Numbered from the stretch's first letter, positions 8,901-15,733 are shown. The stretch is 32,000 bases of DNA from Terriglobia bacterium (GCA_041494805.1 JBGQBN010000009.1:1-32000); one strand, 5' to 3'. Translations and numbers: made by a program. Notes: generated by a model not told the origin, from the letters alone.

Positions 8901-9124
8901 TCAGCAAAAGCACGCAGTTGGTGGAGCGGCTGAACTTGCAGTTGCGCGCCGAATTCTTCAATCTCTTCAACCACCCGAATTTCGCTCTGCCCAACGGTAC
9001 GGTTACACCGGGCGTTGGTCCGATTGGCACGATCACCCAGACGCCCGACGTTGCTCAAGGTAATCCCGGTCTCGGCGGCGGCGGTCCACGGGTAATCCAG
9101 GTGGGTGCAAAGTTCACCTTCTGA
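5915..9124 (+). CDS. TonB-dependent outer-membrane receptor with N-terminal carboxypeptidase-regulatory-like domain
   Basis: The signal peptide is MSSLQQ..LLLLPCLVVGQS. The CarbopepD_reg-like segment is GSIRGKVVDPAGSLIARAKVT..TGSDGAYVLAELPAGLYTV. The plug motif is LPLNGRDF..L. The barrel is long and aromatic-rich and ends ..VGAKFTF. The SD GAGGAGG precedes the ATG at 5915; the upstream extension to 5777 overlaps the DUF62 gene. Confidence 0.9.
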   Translation: MSSLQQLSARSTNGLRRLIIAAMLLLLPCLVVGQSFRGSIRGKVVDPAGSLIARAKVTAKSSETGLVRTTVTGSDGAYVLAELPAGLYTVIAEAPSLSPTAQNVVVNVGLDTTADFDLTKVEKRLEQITVTGAAPLVEATRDVLGEVVDQRLVSQLPLNGRDFGKLVALVPGATVEPSGVAGTQFGFGQFNINGNRDRSNNYSVDGTDNNDPYFNNSALNQVGITGAPASLLPIDAIQEFNLQSQFGAEYGRNTGSVVNILTRSGTNQLHGSAFGFFRNSALDARNFFNTEARKTSFQNSQFGGSLGGPIVKDKTFFFGAYEGQRERVGSDFILGVPTPAQRAAARQVALANGLTAINPALDAILDFYPVSNTGTFAGVVRDKNDMDSFIVKVDHNFTNTEQLSGRYAFARSEQVFPLGSAGGFGDGSRLPQFAQTSPARVQVVSLSLLSSLSSTRINEVRFGYSRYRTSFSSLDANFDPSTLGIDFGNGKLGLPEIDFSVPELENLGAQGFSIPRGRTSQTYQILDNFTWLHGRHTIKFGGEYRRAAIENFNDNLERGIFSFSPSGLDPDPVVDTLANFYLGGPNFDAFILALTGDTNRTTYNNGLSFFVQDDIRLRPNFTLNLGLRWEYFGPVSEKNNLLSNLASDGTLAMVGTHGLDGIYERDLNNFGPRVGFAWNVHPKTVVRGAYGLYYDYVPQHLMLANFTPSAGVATNPIGPQPVLPLFYDENAFNGSVPGPVLSPGGPPFNIFVTPRDFPAPYVQNWNFNVQQELTPAAAFEVGYVGSKGTRLVRLYDQNQPDANFNFPNPNFGNVHTLAPISSSTYHALQTTFKLQGWGGFSGFTSYTWSKSLDDASDGIDFTAGAAFPQDSTNLQAEHGASTFDTRHRFTAAINYRVPTWGGVPKRLGDGWQLNWIVTAQSGRPIPIITSDDTTGRFYFNQRPNVVPGVNPVLPNWNPFTGYLNPAAFSQPAFGTFGDLGRNSIYGPNYWNFDFSVSKSTQLVERLNLQLRAEFFNLFNHPNFALPNGTVTPGVGPIGTITQTPDVAQGNPGLGGGGPRVIQVGAKFTF

Positions 9125-9128
9125 TCAG

Positions 9129-9156
9129 ACCGTGTGGAAGCGGGCGACTCGCCCGC
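9129..9156. repeat. ACCGTGTGG box plus GC hairpin between convergent gene ends (possible bidirectional terminator)
   Basis: ACCGTGTGG is at 9129-9137. GCGGGCGA (9140-9147) pairs with TCGCCCGC (9149-9156). It lies between the receptor stop (9124) and the PNP stop (9182). Related copies are at 18635-18664 and 24050-24058. Confidence 0.5.
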
Positions 9157-9181
9157 CCCATCCGAGCGAAGCTCAGCGGCG

Positions 9182-10021
9182 CTAAGTCCCAACATCCGCT
9201 GCAATCCGCGGCAGCACCGCGCCCAGCAGCGCCACAAAATCACCCTTCACTCTCGCGGCGGTCTCCAGCACCTCTTCGTGATTGATGACCTGATCCAGAA
9301 TCCCCGCCGCCATGTTAGTCACGCAGGAAATCGCCAGAACCTTCATTCCCATGTGACGCGCGGCAATCACCTCCGCGACCGTGGACATACCCACCAGATC
9401 AGCCCCAATCGTCCGCAGATACCGGATCTCCGCCGGAGTTTCATAATTCGGCCCCAAGAGCCCCGCATAGACGCCCTGATAAACCGTCTTGCCCAGGCGG
9501 CGTGCTTCCGCAACCGCGATCTCGCGATACGGCTTCCAGTACGCCTGCGTCATATCCGGAAAGCGCGCACCCAAGCGATCATCGTTCGCTCCGACCAAAG
9601 GATTTTGTCCCTGCAAATTGATGTGGTCGGTGAGGACGACCAGCGCCCCTTGCTTGTATTCAAGGTTGATCCCGCCGGCTGCATTGGTATGCACCACAGC
9701 CCGGACGCCCATGCGCCCAAACACGCGCATCGGGAAAGCAACTTCCTGCGCCGAGTACCCTTCATAAAGATGCACCCGTCCCTGCATAGCGGCGATGGGA
9801 ACGCCGTCTGATTTGCCAATCACCATCTGCCCGGCGTGCCCAATCGCTGTGGAGTGTGGGAAGGATGGAATGTCCGCGTAGGGAATCCGCGTAGTTTCAG
9901 CAAGTTCGTCTGCAAAGGCCCCGAGTCCCGAGCCCAGGACAAGTCCAATCCGCGGGCGCAGCGCGGTGCGTGACAGCAGGAACTTCGCCGCAGATTCTGC
10001 AAGAGTGAAATCGTCGATCAT
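9182..10021 (-). CDS. punA: Purine nucleoside phosphorylase (trimeric inosine/guanosine type)
   Basis: Motifs GLVLGSGLG, HSTAIGHAG, GRVHLYEGY, VHTNAAGGIN, GPNYETPAEIR, GADLVGMSTV and SCVTNMAAG are present. The protein is 279 aa. Confidence 0.92.
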   Translation of the reverse strand: MIDDFTLAESAAKFLLSRTALRPRIGLVLGSGLGAFADELAETTRIPYADIPSFPHSTAIGHAGQMVIGKSDGVPIAAMQGRVHLYEGYSAQEVAFPMRVFGRMGVRAVVHTNAAGGINLEYKQGALVVLTDHINLQGQNPLVGANDDRLGARFPDMTQAYWKPYREIAVAEARRLGKTVYQGVYAGLLGPNYETPAEIRYLRTIGADLVGMSTVAEVIAARHMGMKVLAISCVTNMAAGILDQVINHEEVLETAARVKGDFVALLGAVLPRIAADVGT

Positions 10022-10023
10022 TT

Positions 10024-10104
10024 AAGCTCTTAGCTCTTGGCCTTTAGCTCTTAGCTCTCCGGCCAGGGATGAGCTAAGAGCTAAAAGCTAATGGCTAAAA
10101 GCTT
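10024..10104 (-). repeat. Heptamer-array inverted repeat (about 36-bp imperfect hairpin) filling the nupC-punA intercistronic gap
   Basis: The left arm is AGCTCTT-type heptamers and the right arm is GAGCTAA-type heptamers. The core is a perfect 15-bp stem, TTTAGCTCTTAGCTC (10043-10057) with GAGCTAAGAGCTAAA (10071-10085), around a 13-nt loop. Imperfect pairing extends to 10024/10104. Confidence 0.7.
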
Positions 10105-11342
10105 CACAAAAGCATTCCCGCAATCGATGCCGACATCAAATTCGCCATCGTCCCCGCCAGCATCGCACGCACCCCCAACTTGGCCAGTTCGCCCCTCTTG
10201 TTCGGAGCCAGCGAGCCGATACCGCCGATTTCGATACCGATATTTCCCAGGTTGGCGAAACCGCACAGGGCGTAAGTGGCGATGGTGTAGGAACGCGGGT
10301 CCAGTGCCGCCTTCTGTCCTGTAAGCATGGAGAACGCCACGAACTCATTCAACACCATGCGCGTACCCAGCAGGTTGCCGATGGCCGAACAGTCCTTCCA
10401 CGGCACCCCGATCACCCAGGCCACGGGCGAGAACAAAACACCAAAGATTTTCTCAAAGCTGCTGGGAAACCAGTTCCATCCGAAGTGGGCCAGACCGTTA
10501 TGTATCCCGCCCAATAAGCCGTTGGCCAGCGCAATCAACGCCAGAAACGAGATCAGCATAGCCGCGACATTAAGAGTCAAATAGAGTCCGTCGGTCGTGC
10601 CTTTCGCCACCGCCCCCAGCAGGTTCTCGCTCTTATCTTCGCCCATCTCCTCATCGCTCATCTCCACTCGCCCCGCCGTCACCGCGTGCTCCGTCTCCGG
10701 CACGAGCATCTTGGCCACCAGAATCGTCCCCGGCGCGGTCATGATCACCGCCGTCAAAAGATGCTTGGCGTCGATGCCGAAGGCAATGTAGGCAGCCATC
10801 ACCGCACCACTGATGTGTGCCATGCCACTGGTCATGATGGTCATCAGTTCCGAACGCGTCAGTTTGGGCAGAAACGGACGAATGGTCAGCGGTGCCTCGG
10901 TGCATCCCAGGAAAATGCTGGCGGCCACGTTCATGGACTCGGCCCCGCTGGTGCCCATGAACTTCATCATCACCCGCGCCATCTGCCGGATGACCCACTG
11001 CATTACCCCATAGTGATACAGGACGGCGAAAAAGGCAGCCACAAATATGATGGTAGGCAAGACCTGGAAAGCGAGGTAGAACGGTGGGCCTTTTTTTCCT
11101 AGATCCCCAAAAAGAAACGACGAACCCGCGTAGGAGTAGCCGAGAAAGCGAGTGACCACATCACCCAGCCAGGCAAACAGCCGCCGCCCAGCCTCCACCC
11201 GCAAGACCAGAAACGCAAAGACGATCTGTAACCCCAGGCCCCAGGCAACGGTGCGCAACCGAATAGCCCGCCGGTTGGTGGAAAACAGGTAAGCCAGCGC
11301 GACCATGGTCATCAGCCCGAGAATGCCAGTAAGTCGGCTCAA
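10104..11342 (-). CDS. nupC: NupC-family concentrative nucleoside transporter
   Basis: It is a 412-aa polytopic membrane protein with an N-terminal pattern like E. coli NupC (..STNRRAIRLRTV..GLGLQ..FAFLVL). CNT C-terminal motifs are FANLGNIGI..GGIGSLAP. The start is TTG 11342, with GGAGGAG immediately upstream; the spacing is short, so the start is uncertain. Confidence 0.9.
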   Translation of the reverse strand: MSRLTGILGLMTMVALAYLFSTNRRAIRLRTVAWGLGLQIVFAFLVLRVEAGRRLFAWLGDVVTRFLGYSYAGSSFLFGDLGKKGPPFYLAFQVLPTIIFVAAFFAVLYHYGVMQWVIRQMARVMMKFMGTSGAESMNVAASIFLGCTEAPLTIRPFLPKLTRSELMTIMTSGMAHISGAVMAAYIAFGIDAKHLLTAVIMTAPGTILVAKMLVPETEHAVTAGRVEMSDEEMGEDKSENLLGAVAKGTTDGLYLTLNVAAMLISFLALIALANGLLGGIHNGLAHFGWNWFPSSFEKIFGVLFSPVAWVIGVPWKDCSAIGNLLGTRMVLNEFVAFSMLTGQKAALDPRSYTIATYALCGFANLGNIGIEIGGIGSLAPNKRGELAKLGVRAMLAGTMANLMSASIAGMLL

Positions 11343-11408
11343 GCTCCTCCGCAGGTGATTCGCAGGCGCATTCTAGCACCTCGGCCGCAGGCCCACCGGA
11401 ACCACGCT

Positions 11409-11436
11409 GAGAACTGAGAACAGGGAACTAAGAACT
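11409..11436. repeat. Tandem heptamer array GAGAACT-GAGAACA-GGGAACT-AAGAACT
   Basis: Four contiguous 7-nt units lie immediately after the adenosine deaminase stop (11442-11444), in the gap before nupC. A related array is at 14591-14618. Confidence 0.55.
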
Positions 11437-11441
11437 GCGTT

Positions 11442-12974
11442 TCAGAACTTCCGCTCGAAATTCGCAAACGAGCTTTCGAGCTTCCACTGCCCGCGGGCGC
11501 GCTCGTTTGCCTCCAGAAACTTCTCACACCCGGATGAAACCTTGGCCGCGTCGGCACGGTCGCCAGCACACGCCGCCACTGGACGAAATTGCTGCGTCTC
11601 CACCCAAAGGCTGGCGCCAGGCAAGAAACTGTGCTCCAGGCTCTGTCGCGCCATGCGCTTGACCTCGGCATAAGTCAGGCCATAGCTCTCTACGGCTCGC
11701 ACGTACTCATGGGTCATATCGGAACGCGCGACTCCCTCATCGTCCGTCGCCAGCGCCACTGGCACGCCATGAAGCTGGTAAACCGGCAGAGGATGGTCTT
11801 GCCCGCGCACGCCCAGAATCACATCGTTTGAGGTCAGGCAAATCTCCACCAGCACGTTGCGCTGCGCCATCTCCCGCAACAAGCCGAGGGGATCACGCTC
11901 GTCCATTACGGACACGCCATGCCCGATGCGCTCGGCATGCCCTCGCTCAATGGACTCGCGGATATGAAAGCGCAGTCCCTCCGGCGGTACCAATCCCATT
12001 GCCAGTTCGCCCGCATGCAGGCTGATGTGCACTCCCGGATAGACGCCGTGCAGGAAGTCAAGCATCCTCATATGCAGCTCGAAATCATGCATCGGCACGT
12101 ACCAGTCTTCGGGCATGACCAGGTTGAGCCCAACAAACCGCGGATCGGACTTTGCCAGTTCGAAGCCGGCCAGGATCTGTGCAAACACCTGCTCTCGTGG
12201 CAACCCGCGCAGCACCTGGTACAGAAAGCGGACCGTGACGCCGCAGCCGGGATCAGCTTCCGCCGAACCGCACTTGAGCGCGGAACGCATCTTCGCTTCG
12301 TCGTCATCGAGCTGCTTGCCAGTCGCCGCGATCACATCCTTCAAACCGCCCGAGAGAAGCTTGTCGCGCATCCGGCCAAAATCGTCGTCCCAACCTAGCT
12401 TTGCCCCTAGTCGTGCGGACTGCATGCCATCCGCCGTGTGCATGAGTTCAAGGTATTGCACATGATCGGCAGCCGCCCGCGCCGCGGCCTCCGCCATGGA
12501 CTCGCCCATATGGTTCAGCATCGCGGCTAGAAACTTGTCGAAGGTGGCAAAGAAGTGGTCGTGGCCAGATTCCTCCCCGCGGTTCCAGTTGCGCATGGAC
12601 CAGGCGTCGATCATGGAGTTGTAGAGAACCTGATCCTGATACGCGCAAGCCACCCACGGCTTGCTGGTATACCTTTCACAGGAAACATCGCATGGCGGAG
12701 TCAGCAGGAAAGAGGTCGTCCGGTCAACACACAAACCGCTGCCGGCGGCGAAGTCGATGAGGCTCTCCGCATAAATCGCGCCCTCCAGGTGGTTGTGCAG
12801 GTCGCCGCCCTTGGGCATGTCCCGCAAGAATGCCAGCAGAAGCAGAGGCTGCCGCCGAATCGAGTCGAAATAACGGGCCGTGCGCTGCTGTGGATCGGTA
12901 GCGGCTTGCGCTGCGGCAACCGACCCACTTACCGCTACGACAACAACAATAAGCAGACCAGCCGCTCGGCTCAC
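11442..12974 (-). CDS. Secreted adenosine deaminase, ADGF/ADA2-like long form
   Basis: It is about 510 aa. The signal peptide is ..LLIVVVVAVSGSVAAAQA-AT. Metal and catalytic motifs are GGDLHNHLEGA, HISLHAGE, GHG, and LATDDEGVARSD. The GTG at 12974 lies 5 nt after the SD AAGGAGG; the TTG at 12977 is an alternative. Confidence 0.88.
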   Translation of the reverse strand: MSRAAGLLIVVVVAVSGSVAAAQAATDPQQRTARYFDSIRRQPLLLLAFLRDMPKGGDLHNHLEGAIYAESLIDFAAGSGLCVDRTTSFLLTPPCDVSCERYTSKPWVACAYQDQVLYNSMIDAWSMRNWNRGEESGHDHFFATFDKFLAAMLNHMGESMAEAAARAAADHVQYLELMHTADGMQSARLGAKLGWDDDFGRMRDKLLSGGLKDVIAATGKQLDDDEAKMRSALKCGSAEADPGCGVTVRFLYQVLRGLPREQVFAQILAGFELAKSDPRFVGLNLVMPEDWYVPMHDFELHMRMLDFLHGVYPGVHISLHAGELAMGLVPPEGLRFHIRESIERGHAERIGHGVSVMDERDPLGLLREMAQRNVLVEICLTSNDVILGVRGQDHPLPVYQLHGVPVALATDDEGVARSDMTHEYVRAVESYGLTYAEVKRMARQSLEHSFLPGASLWVETQQFRPVAACAGDRADAAKVSSGCEKFLEANERARGQWKLESSFANFERKF

Positions 12975-13058
12975 CAAACCCTCCTTGAATTCCTGAAGAC
13001 CGGCATTTTACCTGTTCGGCAGAAATAAAGTAGCAGAACCCAGCTTGCTGATCGCGAA

Positions 13059-13082
13059 AGATCGACCGCGAGAGATCGACCG
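13059..13082. promoter_or_regulatory. Direct repeat AGATCGACCG-N4-AGATCGACCG upstream of the deaminase operon
   Basis: Identical 10-mers sit at 13059-13068 and 13073-13082, with a third GATCG at 13050-13054. They lie about 85-105 nt upstream of the deaminase start. Function is unknown. Confidence 0.25.
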
Positions 13083-13349
13083 TGGCCAGCGTGGAGAACC
13101 GCCGAGGCCCAGCTCTAGAAAGACCACAAAAGTCCCTCCCCACGCGGTTTTCGCGAGATTTTCACAGTTTGAGGGTGGGAGATTTTTCTAGCGACTGCCG
13201 CAGGGGCGCTAACGGAATCCGCAAAAAACGCCATCCGCTGCCGATCAATCGGCAACCCTTTTCGGCAAATTGCACCACTTTCAGTTCACCTGGCTGTGGA
13301 CCGGCTGCACTTGATTGATTTTACGACGGATAGAGTTCTGTGTTTCGTA

Positions 13350-13383
13350 TTGACTCTAAAAATGGAAGGAGTAAGAAAATAAT
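13350..13383 (+). promoter_or_regulatory. Candidate sigma70-like promoter for the ncRNA candidate
   Basis: TTGACT is at 13350-13355. After 16 nt comes TAAGAA (13372-13377), or after 19 nt GAAAAT (13375-13380). This sits in the only strongly AT-rich patch of the region. Confidence 0.3.
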
Positions 13384-13384
13384 C

Positions 13385-13705
13385 GTTCTTTGACAGCTTC
13401 TGAAGTTTTCCCGGTTGGTGCGGCGTCCGGGGCTCAAGCGAAGTCACCTGCAGACCGCAAGGTCATGCAGGGAAGGCGAGCAAGGGTCTATAGCAAAGCG
13501 CTGGTCGAGGCGAACAAGAAGATATGTTGAAGGCAACATAGGATCCCGAGGCGTTAAGCTGGTTTATCCGGTTGGCGGTAAGCCCGGAGCCCGAGCAACG
13601 ATCGCGCGTTGCGACCCGCAAGGGAAGCGACGAAGGCAGGTCGGCAAGGGTCTAAAGCGAGCTACTGGCCGAGACGAATGAGCTTAACACCACCTCGGGA
13701 TTCTT
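13385..13705 (+). ncRNA. Candidate structured ncRNA with two homologous modules of about 110 nt (family not recognised)
   Basis: Module 1 is about 13410-13520 and module 2 about 13567-13680. They share CCGGTTGG..CCGG(G/A)GC.C.AGC..[GCAA-capped hairpin]..GAAGGC..GCAAGGGTCTA(T/A)AGC..CTGG.CGAG.CGAA. Stems differ by compensatory changes. A 19-bp outer helix (13541-13560 with 13681-13703) encloses module 2. G.U pairs and the GNRA loops fit the + strand only. Boundaries are approximate. Confidence 0.45.
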
Positions 13706-13832
13706 ATTTGTGACGCGCGCAATCCAACCCCGCTGAGCGGCCAGGCCTCAGCGCTCCCCTGCCTCCGAGTAATTCGGGCTCTATCGGGGATGGGATGCGC
13801 GCTTCCCCATCCGCTACGTCTGGGCCTAACCC

Positions 13833-14528
13833 TCACGGTCCTTGCTGCACCCGCAGTTTCTCTCCCGTCACCAGCCGTGCTCGATAGATGGTGTTGGTCG
13901 CGGCTACCTCGGCCACAACGTCAACATTCACTTCGTAAGCGCCCCGCGGCAGGTTCTCTCCGAACGGAATCTCGAGATCAATAGTGTTCTTCTTCAGAGC
14001 AAAGTGCTGATACCCAACCGCCGTAGCTCGTCCCTTCTCGCTCACCGCCAGCACGATCACCGTCAGGTCGAAATCCTGTCCCGTCTGGTTGGAAACTTTG
14101 ACCGCACCCTCCACCCTTTTTCCCGCTACCTTGGGATCTCGGCTCCACGCAACCAGCAGTGGCGCCACCACCTGCAGATCGAGTTCCTGGTTCTGCTGCT
14201 GGGCAGGCTTGCCGCTATCGGTCACCGTCACCACAAAGTGAAACGATCCAGCTTCGCTGGGAATCCCAGCCAGCAAGCCGTCTTCACTCAGTGCGATACC
14301 CCGCGGTAACGAACCTCCAGTGAATTGCCATTTCAAAGGACTGATTCCGCCCTGAGCCTCCAATTGGAAGCGATACTCTTGCCGCAGATACCCCTTGGGC
14401 AAGGACGTCGTCCGCACTGAGAGTGGCCCGCCCATCGCGGCGCCCTGCTGCGCCGGGGAGCTGAGGGAAGCCGCCAGCACGCACCACATAATGGCAAGGG
14501 TTGCGCGGCCGGCCACGTGCTTTGACAT
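13833..14528 (-). CDS. Exported protein with putative cadherin-like Ig domain
   Basis: The signal peptide is MSKHVAGRATLAIMWCVLAASLSSPAQQ. The 'putative Ig domain' pattern is YRFQLEAQGGISPLKWQFTGGSLPRGIALSEDGLLAGIPSEAGSFHFVVTVTD. The ATG at 14528 is preferred over the extension to 14570. Confidence 0.7.
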   Translation of the reverse strand: MSKHVAGRATLAIMWCVLAASLSSPAQQGAAMGGPLSVRTTSLPKGYLRQEYRFQLEAQGGISPLKWQFTGGSLPRGIALSEDGLLAGIPSEAGSFHFVVTVTDSGKPAQQQNQELDLQVVAPLLVAWSRDPKVAGKRVEGAVKVSNQTGQDFDLTVIVLAVSEKGRATAVGYQHFALKKNTIDLEIPFGENLPRGAYEVNVDVVAEVAATNTIYRARLVTGEKLRVQQGP

Positions 14529-14590
14529 GATCCCCATCGCGTGCGCTCTAGAGCCAAAGCTACAGCACAAGGTTGCCTACTCCAAAAACT

Positions 14591-14618
14591 GAGAACCGGG
14601 AACTGACCACCGGAAACT
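14591..14618. repeat. Heptamer array GAGAACC-GGGAACT-GACCACC-GGAAACT
   Basis: It shows 7-nt periodicity related to the array at 11409-11436. It lies in the gap between the iminopeptidase stop (14680) and the Ig-protein start (14528). Confidence 0.4.
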
Positions 14619-14679
14619 GGTTTTCTCCCGATCCCGCCTCTCACGTTCAGTGCACGTGCATTGCGACCAAACTCTGTAC

Positions 14680-15666
14680 TTATCTTCCCAAAAAGTCATC
14701 GACCGCTTTAACGAACATGTCAGGCTGATCCACAAACGTCATGTGCCCCGCCTTGGGGAAGATCACCAGCCTCGATCCCGCAATCTTCTCGTGCATCACC
14801 TGCGACATCGCCGGATCGGACTCGTCGTGATCGCCCACCAGCACAAGGGTTGGCACCTTAATCGTCGCCAACTGGTCCGTGTACTCCACCGATTTCAGGT
14901 TCCCGTCAATGATGAACTCGCCATGGGATCCCCACATTTCCCGGTAGAGGTCCCATGCCGTGTTGCCATTGGCGACGGGGTCATAATTAGGATCGGGACG
15001 ATTTTGGTACAGATACGGAAAATAACCTTCACCCCAGGCCGCAATCATGTATTCGTTCGTGTAACGATGCTGCTCGTATTCCTTGCCGTGGCCATAGAGG
15101 CCTGCTGCTTCCATCTTGCTGATTCGGTCGCGGAGCTCAGCTGGCATCTTCTCTTTCATGTGCACGAAGACTTCATTGATCGCCTTGGTGCTGGAAAACG
15201 TGCTGCCTAGAATCAGGTGTGAAAGATTGCGCTGATACTTGAACGCATACGCCTGTGCCAAGCAGCCTCCGTAGGAATGCCCCAGCAGGCTGATCTTGCC
15301 CAGCCCCAGCGCCTGCCGCACCGCCTCAACGTCTTCCACCATATTCTCGACGGTGTAGCCGGAGGCATCCTCCAGCTTCTGTGAGCGTCCCGAGCCACGC
15401 TCATCAATGAAGATCAATTCATTGTGCCGCGCCAAAGGCAGCAGGTAGGGCAGGAAGTAGTCATGCGACGCCCCCGGCCCACCATGCACAATCATGAGGG
15501 GTTCGCCGCGCCCAAGAATCTTGTAGTAGATCATCACACCATGGGCGTCCACGAATCCCTCTTGCATGGGATAGAGGTTTGGAGAATTTGCGGATGGTCC
15601 CGCGCCCTGGGCCAACGTGATTGCAGACATCAGGAAGAGAAGAAAGAGGGTTAGTGGAGTCTTCAT
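14680..15666 (-). CDS. Exported alpha/beta hydrolase, proline iminopeptidase (prolyl aminopeptidase) family
   Basis: Motifs are HGGPGASHDYF, IFIDERGSGRS and the nucleophile elbow LLGHSYGG, with a C-terminal ..GHMTFVDQP. The signal peptide is MKTPLTLFLLFLMSAITLAQG. The start could be 15666, 15675 or TTG 15702. Confidence 0.85.
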   Translation of the reverse strand: MKTPLTLFLLFLMSAITLAQGAGPSANSPNLYPMQEGFVDAHGVMIYYKILGRGEPLMIVHGGPGASHDYFLPYLLPLARHNELIFIDERGSGRSQKLEDASGYTVENMVEDVEAVRQALGLGKISLLGHSYGGCLAQAYAFKYQRNLSHLILGSTFSSTKAINEVFVHMKEKMPAELRDRISKMEAAGLYGHGKEYEQHRYTNEYMIAAWGEGYFPYLYQNRPDPNYDPVANGNTAWDLYREMWGSHGEFIIDGNLKSVEYTDQLATIKVPTLVLVGDHDESDPAMSQVMHEKIAGSRLVIFPKAGHMTFVDQPDMFVKAVDDFLGR

Positions 15667-15733
15667 GGCCCCCATGCTAACCGCTTTGAAGGACGAAGAC
15701 AAAACTCTGATGAAAAGTGATCCGCGGGCTGCC

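Noticed and set aside
10024-10104. Repeat array considered as a CRISPR array or mini-CRISPR
   Set aside because: The units are 7 nt, contiguous and without spacers, and the two halves are mutually complementary. This is a hairpin or tandem-repeat structure, not repeat-spacer architecture.
13005-13010. TAAAAT (minus strand) as the -10 of the deaminase operon promoter
   Set aside because: No acceptable -35 lies at 16-18 nt spacing. The evidence is too weak to report as a feature.
13415-13681. 88-aa highly basic ORF inside the gene-free gap
   Set aside because: It has no SD, an alternative start codon and a K/R/G-rich composition. The same DNA shows paired-module RNA structure with compensatory changes, which fits an RNA better than a protein.
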